DNA of 64,000 nucleotides from Octopus vulgaris (lineage: Eukaryota), in assembly GCA_951406725.2 (NCBI GenBank), contig OX597830.1:46500001-46564000 (forward strand). The letters are read 5' to 3'. Position numbers and translations under genes: made by a program. Positions 61,410 to 64,000 of this stretch are shown in pieces (position 1 is the stretch's first letter; each line of letters opens with the position of its first letter). The notes under the pieces are model-generated. The model did not search any database, was not told the DNA's origin, and saw only the letters and a list, made by a program, of their open reading frames with translations.

Positions 61410-62280
61410 CTTCCAGGTATGGAAGCAAAATCTAGAAGCAAAGGGCCTTAGAGTTAACCAAGCAAAAACCAAAGCCTTAGTAAGTAGGAAGGCAGATAAA
61501 TCACAAACATCTTCAGGTAGATGGCCCTGGTCAATCTGTAGAAAAGGTGTGGGTAGAAACTCCATAAGATGCACCCAGTGTAAGCTTTGGACGCATAAAA
61601 GGTGCAGCAATAGCAGAGGAATGTTAACAGGGAAACTAGCTTTTATATGAGGAAGATGCACAGGTACAAGAAACGCTGAGAATGGGAAGAAAATAGACTC
61701 CATCAACTACCATGAGGGCAAGCTAGAGGTAGTAGATAGCTTCCATTATCTAGATGATCATATTAGTAGTGGAGGTGTATGCTCCGAGAGCATAGCCGTG
61801 AGAATAGATTAGGCTGGGAAAAGTTCAGAGAGCTCCTATCCCTACTGGCAACAGAGGACCTCTTTCTCAGAGTGAAAGGCAGATTGTTTGATGTGTGTAT
61901 ATGATCGGTTATGATACATGGTAGTGAAACATGGACTGTGAAAGCCGAGGACATGTGTGAGCTTGAAAGAAATGAAGTCAGTATGCTTCGCTGGATGTAC
62001 AATGTCAGTGTGCATATTCGACAGAGTGTAAGCATCTTGAGAGAAAAGTTAGGCATAAGAGGAATCAGATGTGGTATGAAGAGAGATGACTTTGCTGGTA
62101 TGGTCATATAATGCATATGGATGAGGACACCTGTGTAAAGCAGTGCCAATCCCTAACTGTAGAGGTAACCTGTGGTAGAGGCAGACCCAGGAAGACATGG
62201 GACGAAGTGGTGAAGCATGATCTTCGAACTTTGAGCCTCACAGAGACAATGACTGGTGATGATGATGATGATGATGATGT
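61345..62280 (+). mobile_element. Internally deleted RTE LINE
   Basis: TLNVGTLKGRSSEIVEILER (endonuclease start) joined directly to FQVWKQNLEAKGLRVNQAKTK (RT end); HGSETW; GRGRPRKTWDEVV; (GAT)n tail. Confidence 0.9.
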
Positions 62281-62583
62281 TAGACAAGAAAGCAGTTTTA
62301 ATTGCTTACACAGACGTTTTCTTTTTCAAAAATTTATATAATAGAATGTATTAAATTTATATAATTGCAACAAATTTTTTCCTCTAAACATAATTATAAT
62401 GATCAAAGCGAATATAAAGAATATAAGGATAGAATTCAATTGATAAGATTACATTTAATATAACCTAGAAACACTTGAAGCAATAATAACGATAATTTAG
62501 AAGAATTTAAAATACAACAGACCATTTCTTTTTAATAATCACGTGGTTCTTACTGTTTAGTAATTATTCATTTCTACTATTAA

Positions 62584-62804
62584 CCCTTTCGTTACCAACC
62601 CGGCCAAAACCGGCTCTGGCTCTGTAATACAAATGTCTTGTTTTCATAAGTTTTGAATTAAAATCTCCTACCAAACCTTAGTCACAATTTATGATCCTAA
62701 CACTAGCTGAATGATAACTAAGTTATTTTACTAAATTCTTTGTTATATTTAAAATAACTGAAAGAAACACAGAGCATCTCAAAATGAATACGGTAACGAA
62801 AGGG
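62584..62804 (+). mobile_element. piggyBac-type MITE (221 bp)
   Basis: TTAA at 62580-62583 and 62805-62808; perfect 13-bp TIR CCCTTTCGTTACC/GGTAACGAAAGGG, identical to the left end of 1785-2839. Confidence 0.93.
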
Positions 62805-63229
62805 TTAATAACCTTCACACATTTAAATAATATAATCAACTCTGAAATCCATGAAAAAGCCTTGTGACTATAAACTATGTAGAATCAATCAAAAATAAGT
62901 ATTCTCTTAGTAACCACCCTCCGCCAAGCCAAGAATATTTGCTACCTTCAACAAACATCGATGCTGCTGCTACTGAATTTTACCCAAAATAAACAGTTGG
63001 GAGGAACGTCTCATGGAAGAATCTTGTGGTCTACTACCACTAACAAGCCTAATTCCAACTAATGGCAGAGGAAAATTCCTTTTCGAACAATGTCATTTTT
63101 ATATGCCCTGAAGAGATCGTACTAATAATGCATAAATTGCTGCATATGAAAATGCAACAATGTGCAGTTGGTGAGATTGAAAAACATGTTGGAATTTTAT
63201 GAAGAATAAACTAACTGTACACAAATTCC

Positions 63230-63449
63230 TATTTCTTTACTACTCACAAGGGGCTAAACATAGAGGGGACAAACAAGGACAGACAAAGGGATTAAGTCGA
63301 TTACATTGACTCCAGTATGCAACTGGTACTTAATTTATCGACCCCGAAAGGATGAAAGGCGAAGTGGACCTCGGCGGAATTTGAACTCAGAACGAAATAC
63401 CACAAAGCATTTCGCCCGGCTTGCTAACAATTCTGCCAGCTCGCCGCCT
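63230..63449 (-). mobile_element. SINE family B with TSD
   Basis: TSD TGTACACAAATTC at 63216-63228 and 63451-63463. Confidence 0.93.
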
Positions 63450-64000
63450 TTGTACACAAATTCTTCAATCTCCTTATTATCAATATTGTACTTTACATTC
63501 TAAATAGCAAAGAAATATACTGTAACATCAGATGTGAGTTAAATGAAGATTACTGAAAAAACATGGCATTTTACATAGAGAAATTCGGTATCTGCCAGGA
63601 TATTATATCCTTCCTCTTATTACATATATATGTGTGTGTTTGGAGGGATATATTATCTGGTAGGATACTGTGGTGACTTTCAGTTAAGTTCCAGGTTATG
63701 GCTAACACATTGATCAGTATTTACCGTCTTTGACTACTATTAGTTGTCAGTCACTCTGTAAATTCTTCCGATGGATAATTCCGTGTTCGCTTCTCTGGAC
63801 AATAATATTGTCTGGAGTATATATTAGCAATAACTGTAATGATGTAGATAAAACATGGAGACTTGCTCATCGTCAAAATTTATTTCCTTTTATTTAATAC
63901 AGCATATTATTATGGTCTTTATGACCTGCATGAGTTTCCACTGCACAGATTATGGCCAGTTGCAGATGCAGCCTGGCACAACATTCGGTGTAGTTTCTTT

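Overview
This is eukaryotic, AT-rich, repeat-dense genomic DNA. Its SINE/LINE repertoire and microsatellite load look like an octopod cephalopod (Octopus); this is inferred from memory of the repeat families, not from a database hit. I recognise no intact host protein-coding gene, tRNA/rRNA gene or CRISPR array. Every long ORF I could assign is a decayed transposon or a low-complexity artefact. Supported content: several RTE-clade LINE copies and their (GAT)n-tailed 3' UTRs, CR1-type LINEs, and a Dong/R4-type RLE element ending in (TAA)n. There is an internally deleted piggyBac inserted into an older RTE fossil, plus four related TTAA MITEs; Tigger and Tc1/mariner fossils; Tigger and hAT MITEs; two Helitron derivatives (one with a decayed 23-aa STPR-like repeat); a solo LTR with a 4-bp TSD; and at least three tRNA-derived SINE families, several copies with clear TSDs. 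Outside the repeats there are same-strand (minus) short exon-like segments with strong splice sites but no recognisable protein (0.6-15.3 kb) and two CpG-rich promoter-like islands (about 28-29 kb and 54-55.3 kb). The most unusual items are a 137-bp, 135/137-identical nested inverted duplication in an RTE (60.85-61.41 kb), a variable-copy structured repeat in the RTE 3' UTR that may be a twister-ribozyme relative, and the STPR-bearing Helitron.
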